Shown: piece after piece, positions 37,946 to 47,365 of the stretch | How positions within the stretch are numbered: position 1 is the stretch's first letter | How the letters are laid out: every line of letters begins with the position of its first letter | Assembly: GCA_965217035.1 (NCBI GenBank) | Contig: OZ244226.1 | Coordinates: forward strand, 2,834,146 to 2,898,145 | From: Bacteriovoracaceae bacterium | Lineage (GTDB): Bacteria > Bdellovibrionota > Bacteriovoracia > Bacteriovoracales > Bacteriovoracaceae | Length of the DNA: 64,000 bases | Reading direction: 5' to 3' | Program-made: the position numbers and the translations under genes | Notes under the pieces: generated by a model | What the model saw: only the letters and a program-made list of their open reading frames with translations | Database searches by the model: none | What the model was told of the DNA's origin: nothing

Positions 37946-39253
37946 CTATAGTTCTAAAATCTTTTTAAATCTCCTTATAAAAGATGATGAAAATTTTAAC
38001 TTAGAAGAGGCTTGATTAAGATCTTGAAAACTCTCTTGCTTACTTTCAGCGTTAAGAAAAAAATGATCAAGACCATTCAATCGCATCACTTTACATAAGT
38101 TATCACAAAGGAGTCCTATCCTTTGATGCATTTTATAAGAGGTTACAAAGTCAGAATTACCATAAATAGCATAGACGGGTGATTTGCTTTCTCTCCAAGA
38201 TCGATCAATATTATAATCCTGTAATTCTTGAAAAAAAGTATAGCCTGGATAAGATTCAGGGTTGATAAGATTTTCCTCTAAAGAAGAGTCCATTTTTGTA
38301 ATAGCGGTAGGAGTAAGCTTTTTCTTTAATAAGAGCGTCATTGCTTTCTTTCTTTTAGAAAGTTCTTTGTTGACTTGACTTGAAGACATTCCAGATAAAA
38401 GAAGCTGTCTTTTTGTATTGCGGATATCATAATCATACCACCGCCCTGATAGAGTTCCCATTACGATAACTTTTTCAAAAGGTACTTTTGAATTAAGTCT
38501 CGAAGCAAAAACTCCTCCCATACTATGCCCAAAAATTGTTATTTCTCGAGTCGAAATCCGAAATTTTTTAGTAATAAACTTTACTGCTTTTTTATAAAGA
38601 AGATATTCATTGTGAAAGCCATATTCTTGACATTTTCCATTTCTATTATTGTCTCCCATTCCAGGTTTTTCAACCCAAACGACTCGATAACCTTGTCTAG
38701 AAGCACTTCTTGCAATGGCCCAATAGACGTTACTCTTATAGTCTTCTGGGGTATCGATCGTATAACAACCAATTCCACCAAGTAGTAGCAGAATTTTTTT
38801 AGGCTTAGATTTTTTTATGGAATGAGTAAGTAACCGGTAGCGAGAGTTTTTAAGCTCAAAGCTATAATAATTGATAGAAAAATTTTTTGAACGAATTCTA
38901 CGTGCTTTTCGACGTCGGACAGTGGGCAATTGAAGTGTTTCTGTGACCCCATTGACTTTTCTTTTTACCACAAATTCCAGTGCTCCTCCTTGTGGGACAC
39001 TTTTTTCAAGCTTATCTGTATCAAAGTCTTGATCAACTGAAACTCCGTTAATTGATATCAATTCATCAACAATCTTGAGACCTGCCCTTGAAGCAACAGA
39101 GTGAGGATTCATTTTAAAGAGAAAAATAAGAGGACCTACTCCTAATAATTTATCAAGACCAATTGGTTCTAATCTTCTTTTCAAAGGCTCAGCTGAAATC
39201 GAGCTGATCATCAAAACAAAAGATAACAATAAGATTTTCACTCTGAACTCCAT
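37946..39253 (-). CDS. Exported PDZ + alpha/beta hydrolase
   Basis: S.A..AGL...DEL.SING PDZ; GHSMGG, YG.SD, LDH triad. Confidence 0.85.
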   Translation of the reverse strand: MEFRVKILLLSFVLMISSISAEPLKRRLEPIGLDKLLGVGPLIFLFKMNPHSVASRAGLKIVDELISINGVSVDQDFDTDKLEKSVPQGGALEFVVKRKVNGVTETLQLPTVRRRKARRIRSKNFSINYYSFELKNSRYRLLTHSIKKSKPKKILLLLGGIGCYTIDTPEDYKSNVYWAIARSASRQGYRVVWVEKPGMGDNNRNGKCQEYGFHNEYLLYKKAVKFITKKFRISTREITIFGHSMGGVFASRLNSKVPFEKVIVMGTLSGRWYDYDIRNTKRQLLLSGMSSSQVNKELSKRKKAMTLLLKKKLTPTAITKMDSSLEENLINPESYPGYTFFQELQDYNIDRSWRESKSPVYAIYGNSDFVTSYKMHQRIGLLCDNLCKVMRLNGLDHFFLNAESKQESFQDLNQASSKLKFSSSFIRRFKKILEL

Positions 39254-39424
39254 GTTATTTATTTAATGCAATGGATATCTTTTCTTATAATAGATGTAAA
39301 ACAAAAATAAAAAATAATAGTGCAGATAGTCGTTTGTGGATTTATTCGAAGTAGCGAGTAACCTTTGAATCATTGAGACAGAAACATTTTAGACTTCGAG
39401 GTAAAGAATTTGATAGGAGTGACT

Positions 39425-40336
39425 TCATTCAAGTATAGATAATTTAAGTGCTTTATGATCTGATCCTTGCAAATCTTCAAAAACCTCAACTTTTGCTTTT
39501 ACCACTGATCCAATTTGGGCATGATCAATTTTCACGGAAGGAATTTTATCATAGGCGGTACTTCTTTTAGCCGGAATTGTATCTGCATTTCTTATATCTT
39601 TTTTTATAGGTAAGAGACTTTTAAAAAGTCTGTAGCACATAGGAACAACACCTTTTACTTTTGGTGGACAGTTTGAATCTCCCATCATAATAGTATGAGT
39701 TTTTCTATAATTAGGCCCAAGATCTTCTTTAAGTCTCTCTTTTAATTGCCTTATTTGGTTATAAAGAGGGTTCGATTTCACAAATAAAAATTGGTAGGCT
39801 AGCTTGAGCTTATTTTTCTTGAGTAAATCCCAAGGATTGTTTAAGTGATAAAAAATGAAATTGTAAAACTTGTGACCTATTTGAGTGGTAATTCGGACAT
39901 ACTTCCTCTTAAACCTATCCATAGAACCATATTTATTTTCCCACTTTTTTCGATACTCTTCTTGTTCAAGTTGGGATTGGTAGGGACTTACCCAGTCGAG
40001 ATCTTTTATCGTTGTTGTGAATGATCTTTTGGAAAAAATATAAAAACTTTTCTCATAAGCATTATTATATTTAATGATTTTTTGAAACGGAAAATGTTCT
40101 TTTATTTCGCTTAAAGATAAAGGATCAAGTGTATCAGGAATGAATTCTCCTAGCGCTATAATATCATATTGTTTCCAGTCATGTTCTTGAAAGGCATCAT
40201 CTAGGTTTTGTTGCCATGGATTCTTTTTAGAAGGCAAAGAATAATTGTTGTACCCAATATTCCACCATAAAATAGACCCTGATGCGAGCACCGAGCTCGT
40301 AAATAATAGAATGACCATAGAAAAAAATATTCTCAT
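39425..40336 (-). CDS. Exported endonuclease/exonuclease/phosphatase (EEP) family protein
   Basis: WWN, LGE, YHL, GDSN, KIDH, GSDH. Confidence 0.85.
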   Translation of the reverse strand: MRIFFSMVILLFTSSVLASGSILWWNIGYNNYSLPSKKNPWQQNLDDAFQEHDWKQYDIIALGEFIPDTLDPLSLSEIKEHFPFQKIIKYNNAYEKSFYIFSKRSFTTTIKDLDWVSPYQSQLEQEEYRKKWENKYGSMDRFKRKYVRITTQIGHKFYNFIFYHLNNPWDLLKKNKLKLAYQFLFVKSNPLYNQIRQLKERLKEDLGPNYRKTHTIMMGDSNCPPKVKGVVPMCYRLFKSLLPIKKDIRNADTIPAKRSTAYDKIPSVKIDHAQIGSVVKAKVEVFEDLQGSDHKALKLSILE

Positions 40337-40374
40337 TTTTTTTATTCCATCTCAAACGAAGAGATCTATTTTTT

Positions 40375-40941
40375 TCAAAGTTCTAGAATTTTAAATTCTT
40401 CGTTTAGGTTGCGAGATAATCTTTGACAAACGTAATTGTGATTACTCTTCAATAACTCAACATAATAAGGAATTTCTAATTCTGAGTTAATTAGCTTTCT
40501 GTAATGAGAAAGATTATTTTTGTGTAATTCAGCAGGATCTTTAGCTGCTCCTAGCATTTCCATATAAGGAAATATTTTAGCTCTAAAATTCCCATAGGTA
40601 ATCTTAATCATGTCTTTAAGATAAAGAGCATCGTACTGATCTCTTCGCTCTTTTAATTTGGCATGTTGAGATGAACTTAATTTGATCTTGTTACTACTCA
40701 AAGTTCTATCGATAATATGAGTGTAGATTCTTATAAACATTAGTTCTTGGAGTCTTGTTGTTTGAGTTAGGCGATGTCCGTCATATAGATCTTCATTGGC
40801 CATTACAATATTTCTCCACTCCAGTGTTGTGTTATTACATATAACCAGAATCTCCTCTTCGCTTGGCTCTAATAGTTTGATCGTCTCAGCAGCAGAGGAG
40901 AAACTCAGAAGTACTAATAGTCCAATTAAAATTCTTTTCAT
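40375..40941 (-). CDS. Exported hypothetical protein
   Basis: Signal MKRILIGLLVLLSFSSAA, RBS GAGG. Confidence 0.7.
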   Translation of the reverse strand: MKRILIGLLVLLSFSSAAETIKLLEPSEEEILVICNNTTLEWRNIVMANEDLYDGHRLTQTTRLQELMFIRIYTHIIDRTLSSNKIKLSSSQHAKLKERRDQYDALYLKDMIKITYGNFRAKIFPYMEMLGAAKDPAELHKNNLSHYRKLINSELEIPYYVELLKSNHNYVCQRLSRNLNEEFKILEL

Positions 40942-41304
40942 AACAGCCTCTTTTCTTATCTATTTTAATTTGGTTCTTTTTATTCTTATCTTTAGCATAA
41001 ATGTGAGTTTAGATTTATAAAAACAACATATAGAGTAATTTTTTCAGGAACCGACTTTCTAAACTGCAATATTTGAAAGATTAGGACATGTTTCCCCTTA
41101 TGACCTGATTGGGTTAAACTAGTCCAGTTCATATATCAAACTGGGTACAGAAAGAGAGATCTAGATGGTATGAAAATGATGATTATTCCCGAATAAAGAT
41201 AGAGTATAAACCTGACTGGTTCCTTCAATATAGAGATCTAAAACTGTTTAAGTCTTAACATTTCTGAACTAAGTATTCTTTAGAGCAGCTCCGATCAATC
41301 AATT

Positions 41305-41724
41305 ATGGCCTTGCTTAACATTTATATTATTGATGATGAAGTTGAAATTACTAATATTTTGACTGCAGCTCTTATGTCTGAAGGTTATCTCATCAAATGT
41401 TTTAACTCGGCCAAGGATGCTCTTTCCTCGCTAAATGATGAGCTTTTAAATAATGGAAAAGAAAGATTACCTCTCGTTATCACCGATTGTATGATGCCTG
41501 GAATGGATGGCTTTGAAATGCTCAAGATTATGAGAATGGGAGAGTTTTCTTCAATTCCGGTTATTTTAATGTCGGGAAAGGTTGATGAACAAGAAATTAT
41601 AGAGATGGCTCATTATAAAGTTTCTGGAGTTATTTTAAAGCCTTTCAGCCCAGATCAATTAGTTTCAAGAATTAGTTCACTTATCGATAAAAAAACGAAG
41701 AGATGGAAACAGATTAATTTTTAA
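41305..41724 (+). CDS. Single-domain response regulator
   Basis: IIDDE, ITDCMMPGMDG, MSG, KPF. Confidence 0.9.
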   Translation: MALLNIYIIDDEVEITNILTAALMSEGYLIKCFNSAKDALSSLNDELLNNGKERLPLVITDCMMPGMDGFEMLKIMRMGEFSSIPVILMSGKVDEQEIIEMAHYKVSGVILKPFSPDQLVSRISSLIDKKTKRWKQINF

Positions 41725-41806
41725 ACTTACTTCCTATCAACTTGGTTTAGTTGCTTTTATTGAGTATGAAATCTTCGAGAAGAGGGTGTTGAGTTTCTGA
41801 GAAAAA

Positions 41807-42445
41807 TTAATCAAGAATAATTTGCGAGCCGTAACCTTTTCTTTTTCTGGTGGTAAGACCAATGAGCCAACCGATAACCAAAACACCGGCTCCTGCTACA
41901 AACCAAAAGATATAAGTTGTAGAAACTTTAGACTCTAATGCCTCAACTTCTGATTCTTGGGAGGCCATCTGTTCAAGAAGCTTATCGTATTTTGATTTTA
42001 ATTGAACGTATTGTGCAGATCCTTCTTTTAGTTCTTGATAAGAACTCTGAGAGTCCGCCAAATTGTTTTTAGCGTTTTCGAGCTTAGTATTGACAGTCTT
42101 AAGTTCCCCAATAACTTTAGTATGGTCAATTTTGATAGCATCATACTTTTGCTGCAATTTCTCATTTTTCTTTTTGAGATTATTGTAGAGAAAAATATAA
42201 GGAACATCGGCGGTAAGAAATCGAGAAACGACATAACCTTCTCGTCCATCCTTATCTGTTACCTTTGACCAACCATTATCAAGTTTTTCAACAAGTTTCA
42301 TTCTGTCAGTCACCTGAACCATTTCTATAATTTTACCGGTGTTATCAGGAGTTGCTCTGAAGGTGACTTTTTGAGGGCCAACGATATAACGATTTTGGGC
42401 AAATAGAGGGCAAGATATTAACAGTAATAAAAAGATAAGTTTCAT
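41807..42445 (-). CDS. SH3-domain membrane-anchored protein (TIGR04211/YgiM-like)
   Basis: Signal, SH3 (GWSKV...G.EGYV..RFL), coiled coil, C-terminal WF.AGAGVL.IG TM; start reset to ATG 42445 with GGAG RBS. Confidence 0.85.
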   Translation of the reverse strand: MKLIFLLLLISCPLFAQNRYIVGPQKVTFRATPDNTGKIIEMVQVTDRMKLVEKLDNGWSKVTDKDGREGYVVSRFLTADVPYIFLYNNLKKKNEKLQQKYDAIKIDHTKVIGELKTVNTKLENAKNNLADSQSSYQELKEGSAQYVQLKSKYDKLLEQMASQESEVEALESKVSTTYIFWFVAGAGVLVIGWLIGLTTRKRKGYGSQIILD

Positions 42446-42683
42446 ATTTTCTCCGAGCGATACAATAACTTTAATTGGGCATTTTAGGTTTATCAAGCCA
42501 ATAGTAATTATTGAGATCCAAGACTTAAAACGACTTAAAGAAACTTTAGCTTTCAAAAGTTTCTTTAATAATAGTTTATCGTTCAGGGCCTATCTGATCC
42601 GTGATACTAACAAATTTAGTGTGTCAAAGTATGGCAATAATGATTTTTTTGATGCAAAGCGAGTCCATCATGGGGTCTTCTCA

Positions 42684-43625
42684 TCAATTTTTTGGATTAA
42701 GACCCCTATAAAGAGTTCTTAGAGAATCAGCTCGATAATAAATGGCCTTCCAGTAAAAATGATCTTTTGTTTGTTCAGAATTGAGTATTCTGACTGAAAG
42801 ATTGTAAATATCCCAAATTTCTCTAGCGATTTCTTTTTTCTTTTCATCCCGTCCATAAGAATAAAGAACTTCTTGACTCATTTGCTGATTAAGATCTTTG
42901 AGTTTTAGCCAAGTCTGCTCTGTTTCTATCCCAATTGGATTTATTTTTTTGTAATCTTTGATTGTTTGGCAACGGTAAAATTGAACATAACCATTGCAGC
43001 TATTTGCTTTGTCTTTAGCGATATCAATACATTCTGGTTTTATTTTTAAAGCAGGATGATCATAAACAGTTTGAGGGTCAGTCAGTTCATAAGGGTATTG
43101 TTTGACTCCATTTTTTTTAGTAAACGAGAGATCCTCTGCAATATACGTGAAAGTATGACGAGCTTTTGGAAAAACTTTTGGATTTTCAATATGAACGAGA
43201 TCGCCTGGCTTTTTTAAGGTCTTAGGAGCAAGTCTCCTACAAAGCTTTGATCGTAACCAAAACTCAATTTCATTATGAGAAGCATAGCCTAATGAAGGAA
43301 GAATCTTATTACTTACAAGAGCAGCGCTAAAGCAATTTAATCCTAAGTTGATCGGTACATGCCCTTCATACCGTTGAAAAACTCGAGGTCCGACTCTTGT
43401 AATATCAACTTGGCATTCACTTTGGTGACAAGTGCATTGAGGCGAGCGGGTAGAGTATTCTCCGATTTTATTAGACCATTGATTAAGTGCCTTTACTCGA
43501 GAATTCAAAACTTTACAGTTTTTACCGGAAAGATAGATTCTTCCTTGTGACTTTTTTACTACAACTTCAGCAGCTATCGCACCATAAGCAAAGGATAAAG
43601 AAAGAAGTAAACAAATCACTTTCAT
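42684..43625 (-). CDS. Exported hypothetical protein, possible papain-like/NlpC-P60 fold
   Basis: Signal MKVICLLL; NCFSAAL, PGDLV, HTFTYI, FTK..G. Confidence 0.6.
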   Translation of the reverse strand: MKVICLLLSLSFAYGAIAAEVVVKKSQGRIYLSGKNCKVLNSRVKALNQWSNKIGEYSTRSPQCTCHQSECQVDITRVGPRVFQRYEGHVPINLGLNCFSAALVSNKILPSLGYASHNEIEFWLRSKLCRRLAPKTLKKPGDLVHIENPKVFPKARHTFTYIAEDLSFTKKNGVKQYPYELTDPQTVYDHPALKIKPECIDIAKDKANSCNGYVQFYRCQTIKDYKKINPIGIETEQTWLKLKDLNQQMSQEVLYSYGRDEKKKEIAREIWDIYNLSVRILNSEQTKDHFYWKAIYYRADSLRTLYRGLNPKN

Positions 43626-43692
43626 GTGTAAACTATCGGACTTTAAGGTGAATTTTATAACAAGACTAAAATTCTTATGATAGGATGGATTT

Positions 43693-44262
43693 ATGAAAAA
43701 ATTGATCTTTGTGCTCCTGTTTTCCATTTCCTCTTATGCTCTAGAAGGGCTTAAGATAGGTTCTTCAGTCCCTGATATTTCACTTAAGGATATTGACGGA
43801 AAGACAGTAGATCTTACCGCCAATAATAAAAAGTCTATCATAGTTTTCTATAGAGGTTCATGGTGCCCTTATTGCATGACGCAGCTCAAGGGACTCCAGA
43901 TGGATCTCCTCCCAAAAGTTGGAGATAGAGCAAATCTCTATGCTGTAAGTGTTGATAAACCAAGTACTGCTAAGAGAATGCGTGACAAGTTTAAGATTCA
44001 ATTCCCCGTGATTAGCGATTCGAAAGCTAAATCGCTTAAAGCTTTTAATATCATTAATAAATTAGATGAAGCCTTGGTAAAGAAGTACAAGTCCTCTTAT
44101 AGAATAGATGTTGAGGGAGATTCTGGGGAAAAACATCATATGGTTGCTCATCCTGCTGTTTTTATTATTTCAAAAGGAAAAATAGTTTTTAGCGATGTTC
44201 ATGTTAACTACAAACAAAGAACCGAAAACTCTAAAATCCTAGCGCAAATTATAAAGAACTAA
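43693..44262 (+). CDS. Exported AhpC/TSA-like redoxin
   Basis: FYRGSWCPYC, AVSVD, FPVISD, PAVFII. Confidence 0.88.
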   Translation: MKKLIFVLLFSISSYALEGLKIGSSVPDISLKDIDGKTVDLTANNKKSIIVFYRGSWCPYCMTQLKGLQMDLLPKVGDRANLYAVSVDKPSTAKRMRDKFKIQFPVISDSKAKSLKAFNIINKLDEALVKKYKSSYRIDVEGDSGEKHHMVAHPAVFIISKGKIVFSDVHVNYKQRTENSKILAQIIKN

Positions 44263-44425
44263 GAAAAGCCCTGGCCCAAAAAGTGGGCAATTCTACTTCA
44301 GTTAATTTCCTGAAGTCTTAAAGATTTAAGGCTCATGGCTGTGTTTGGTCAATTTTCTGTTAGACCATAAACTCGTATTAAGACATTAAGTCAAAACCTA
44401 ATTCAGCACGTTGGTAGGAGGGTTT

Positions 44426-44785
44426 ATGAAACTAATAATCGCTAGCTTGCTTCTTTTTTCTACAAACATTTTTTCAAAAGACATGTTACGAGGTCCGAGT
44501 TCTTTCATCATGGAGAAAGATAATGCTAAAACTTCTAAAGTAAATTGTTATGGGAATTGTGGAGAGTCTTGTCATGTTCTTCCGGGATCTCAAAACAATG
44601 TATTCATGAAAAGTCAGGCACAAAACTTATGTGAATCAAAAACAGCATCAGTGATTTGTTTTGAAGCAGAGTCAGAAAATGATCTTCTTCATTCAGAAAT
44701 GTGTATAAATCTATTTGATGATGCAGACGAAGGTGAAGTGAGTGCTGCTATTGATATGGATAATATGATTCAACTTTCTAAATAA
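44426..44785 (+). CDS. Small exported Cys-containing hypothetical protein
   Basis: RBS GGAGG, signal MKLIIASLLLF. Confidence 0.65.
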   Translation: MKLIIASLLLFSTNIFSKDMLRGPSSFIMEKDNAKTSKVNCYGNCGESCHVLPGSQNNVFMKSQAQNLCESKTASVICFEAESENDLLHSEMCINLFDDADEGEVSAAIDMDNMIQLSK

Positions 44786-45770
44786 ACGACTGGTTTCGTT
44801 GTGAAACCAACTCTAATGGAGTGATTAAACCTGGACGAGCTTCGAATGCAGCCCGCAGGGAATTGATCACCATGGATACTGTTCCACCATCACCATTCAC
44901 GCCGAAAGGGGCTTGGATGGTGAGGTTGGGTTCTCCCTTGAATTCAACTTGATCTAAATCTTGCCCCTCGTTTAAAGATGCACGAAATAAAAGTTCAATG
45001 ATAACATGGCCTTTATCATCGTAACCCTTAGCAATTTGCTCGATTCCACGAACCATTCCTGATTTTAAGTCCCAATCTCCAAGTTTTTGATCTGATTCAA
45101 CGAGAACTGGATTGATCGTTTCCTCTAGTTTCTCAACGGGAAGCTTGAGTCCATCAATAATAACCCACGCAGACTCTTTAAGACCAACATGCCTAATTTC
45201 GAGTTTAGAAACTTTTTCTCCGAATTCTTTTACTGTTAATCCAGATCCTATTTTCTTTTGAAAAGGTATCCTTCTCTTAAGAGCATCTTGAATTCGTGTG
45301 ATTTTTATCTGATCTATTTTATGTGTAATAGTTGATAAGGCCATAGGAAGAGTATCCATTAAAAATCCAGGATTGATTCCAGTTCCTATTAAACTACTTT
45401 TTGCTTGTTTTAATCTTTTATCAAGTGCTTTTGATTCACTTGGATAACGTCTGTGAGGGTAGGCGGCTTCTTCACAGGTAGTGACAATCGAGATCCCTCT
45501 CTCCACAATAGAGTCGATTTGCTTAATTAAGTTTAAAAAATTGGAAGTTGTTGTGAAAATAGCGAGGTCAAAATCACTTTTGGGAGCTTTATTTGCAACA
45601 GTCATAGAATAGTTTTTTGTTTGGCAAATTTCATTCACCTGAATACCGACTAATTCAGGATTGATATCAACAACTCCAACGACTTCAAATTGAGCTTTTT
45701 CTTCCAGTCTCTGTAGGGTTTTGATTCCAATAGGTCCTAACCCAAAAAGGACAACTTTTAATTCTTTCAT
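44778..45770 (-). CDS. NAD(P)-dependent amine dehydrogenase (DapB-like / 2,4-diaminopentanoate dehydrogenase family)
   Basis: GLGPIG Rossmann, TTCEE, GTGINPGFLMD, RR.PFQKKIG.GL, HVGL.ES, GD..T. Confidence 0.8.
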   Translation of the reverse strand: MKELKVVLFGLGPIGIKTLQRLEEKAQFEVVGVVDINPELVGIQVNEICQTKNYSMTVANKAPKSDFDLAIFTTTSNFLNLIKQIDSIVERGISIVTTCEEAAYPHRRYPSESKALDKRLKQAKSSLIGTGINPGFLMDTLPMALSTITHKIDQIKITRIQDALKRRIPFQKKIGSGLTVKEFGEKVSKLEIRHVGLKESAWVIIDGLKLPVEKLEETINPVLVESDQKLGDWDLKSGMVRGIEQIAKGYDDKGHVIIELLFRASLNEGQDLDQVEFKGEPNLTIQAPFGVNGDGGTVSMVINSLRAAFEARPGLITPLELVSQRNQSFI

Positions 45771-45928
45771 GGGACTAAGTGTAGAAAAGATCAGAGGGGA
45801 ATCCCAGCAAATTCTCTCATAGCTCAAGAAAATCCATTTTCTGGGCTTGTTTTATTCTCAGAGGGAGGAAAAACTTACAACAGACCTATATTATTCAGAT
45901 TGATAGGATATTATTAAAAGACTGGTTT

Positions 45929-47365
45929 ATGGGAATTGAAGTTAACACGCAAACATTTTCTATTGAAGACGAACGGGAGTTTCAAAAGAAACTTCGGGAA
46001 GAAACAGAATTGCTTCTCCAATGGTTCAAAAACAAAACTTTTGAAAAGTTTGAAATGCCCTCTTGTGGCCTTGAACTAGAGGGATGGTTAGTTGATGAAA
46101 ATTATTTTCCAAACCCGATCGCTCAAAAATTTTTAAGTGATGCTAAAAATCCTCTGGTTGTTCCTGAAATTTCTCAATTCAATTTTGAGCTCAATGCAGA
46201 CCCTCATCTTTTAAATGGTAAAGTGTTTTCGACTCTTCATAATAACTTGAGAAACTTATGGTCCCATTGTCAGAAGACGGCCAATAAACTTGGTTCAAAA
46301 ACTTTAATGATTGGATCTCTTCCAACCTTAAAAAAAGAAATGTTGACCTTGGATTATATTTATCCGAATAAAAGATATTTTGCTCTTAATGATCAAATCT
46401 TGAAATTTCGACAAGAAAAACCCATCCCAATTAACATTCGTGGAAAAGAAGAACTCAATACAACATTTAATAATGTTATGCTTGAGGCAGCCGCGACAAG
46501 CTTTCAAATTCATATACAAATTCCTTTAGAAAAGGCCGTTGAATTTTATAATGCCTCTATTCTGCTTTCACCATTTTGTGTTGCCTTGAGTGCTAATTCT
46601 CCATTTCTATTTGGTAAAACATTATGGAGCGAAACACGTGTTCCTATCTTTGAACAGTCGATTTGTCTCGAGGACTACACCGGACAGGAAGGAAAGATCG
46701 CAAAACGGGTTTGTTTAGGAAATAACTTTATTCAAGATAGTCTTTTTGAACTCTTCATCGATAATCTTGATACCTATGATGTTCTTCTTCCCGCTGTTGG
46801 TTGGAAGATTCCTGAAAAAATGGAGCATGTAAGACTTCATAACGGAACTATCTGGCGATGGAATCGACCTATTATTGGTTTCAATGATCAAGGTGTTCCT
46901 CATTTAAGAATCGAGCATAGAGTTCAATCTTCTGGCCCTACACCAAGTGATATGATTGCCAATATGGCCTTTTATTTGGGAGCTGTTACAGCACTTGCTA
47001 ATAATTGGGAGAGTTTTGCTAAAGATATTAAGTACGATGAAGTTTGTTCTTTCTTCTATGCTGCTTGTGAGAAAGGGCTTAATGCCGAGTTTAATTGGAA
47101 AGGCAAAAAACAGTTTCTCCAAGAAATCCTTGCGAATGATCTGATTGATTTGGCATATAATGAACTTCAATCTCTTGGCATTGACCAAAAAGATTTAGAA
47201 TTCTATTTTCAAGATATCTTGGTTCCTCGAGTTCGTTCAGGACAGACGGCTTCGAATTGGCAAAGGGCCTTTGTTAATATAAATGGTCATCGTTACCAAG
47301 ATTTATTAGAAAAATATTTTGAATATCAGGAAAAGGACCTTCCCGTTCACCTCTGGAGATTTTGA
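45929..47365 (+). CDS. Glutamate-cysteine ligase family 2 (GCS2) carboxylate-amine ligase
   Basis: GLELE, E...FN.E.N, SFQIH.Q, ANSPFLFG, ETR.PIFEQ, HNGTIWRWNRP, LRIEHR. Confidence 0.88.
   Translation: MGIEVNTQTFSIEDEREFQKKLREETELLLQWFKNKTFEKFEMPSCGLELEGWLVDENYFPNPIAQKFLSDAKNPLVVPEISQFNFELNADPHLLNGKVFSTLHNNLRNLWSHCQKTANKLGSKTLMIGSLPTLKKEMLTLDYIYPNKRYFALNDQILKFRQEKPIPINIRGKEELNTTFNNVMLEAAATSFQIHIQIPLEKAVEFYNASILLSPFCVALSANSPFLFGKTLWSETRVPIFEQSICLEDYTGQEGKIAKRVCLGNNFIQDSLFELFIDNLDTYDVLLPAVGWKIPEKMEHVRLHNGTIWRWNRPIIGFNDQGVPHLRIEHRVQSSGPTPSDMIANMAFYLGAVTALANNWESFAKDIKYDEVCSFFYAACEKGLNAEFNWKGKKQFLQEILANDLIDLAYNELQSLGIDQKDLEFYFQDILVPRVRSGQTASNWQRAFVNINGHRYQDLLEKYFEYQEKDLPVHLWRF

Noticed and set aside
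45929..47365. Calling the GCS2 gene gshA
   Set aside because: Family membership does not fix the amine substrate; coupling to an M14 deacylase and no gshB in this window argue against the label.
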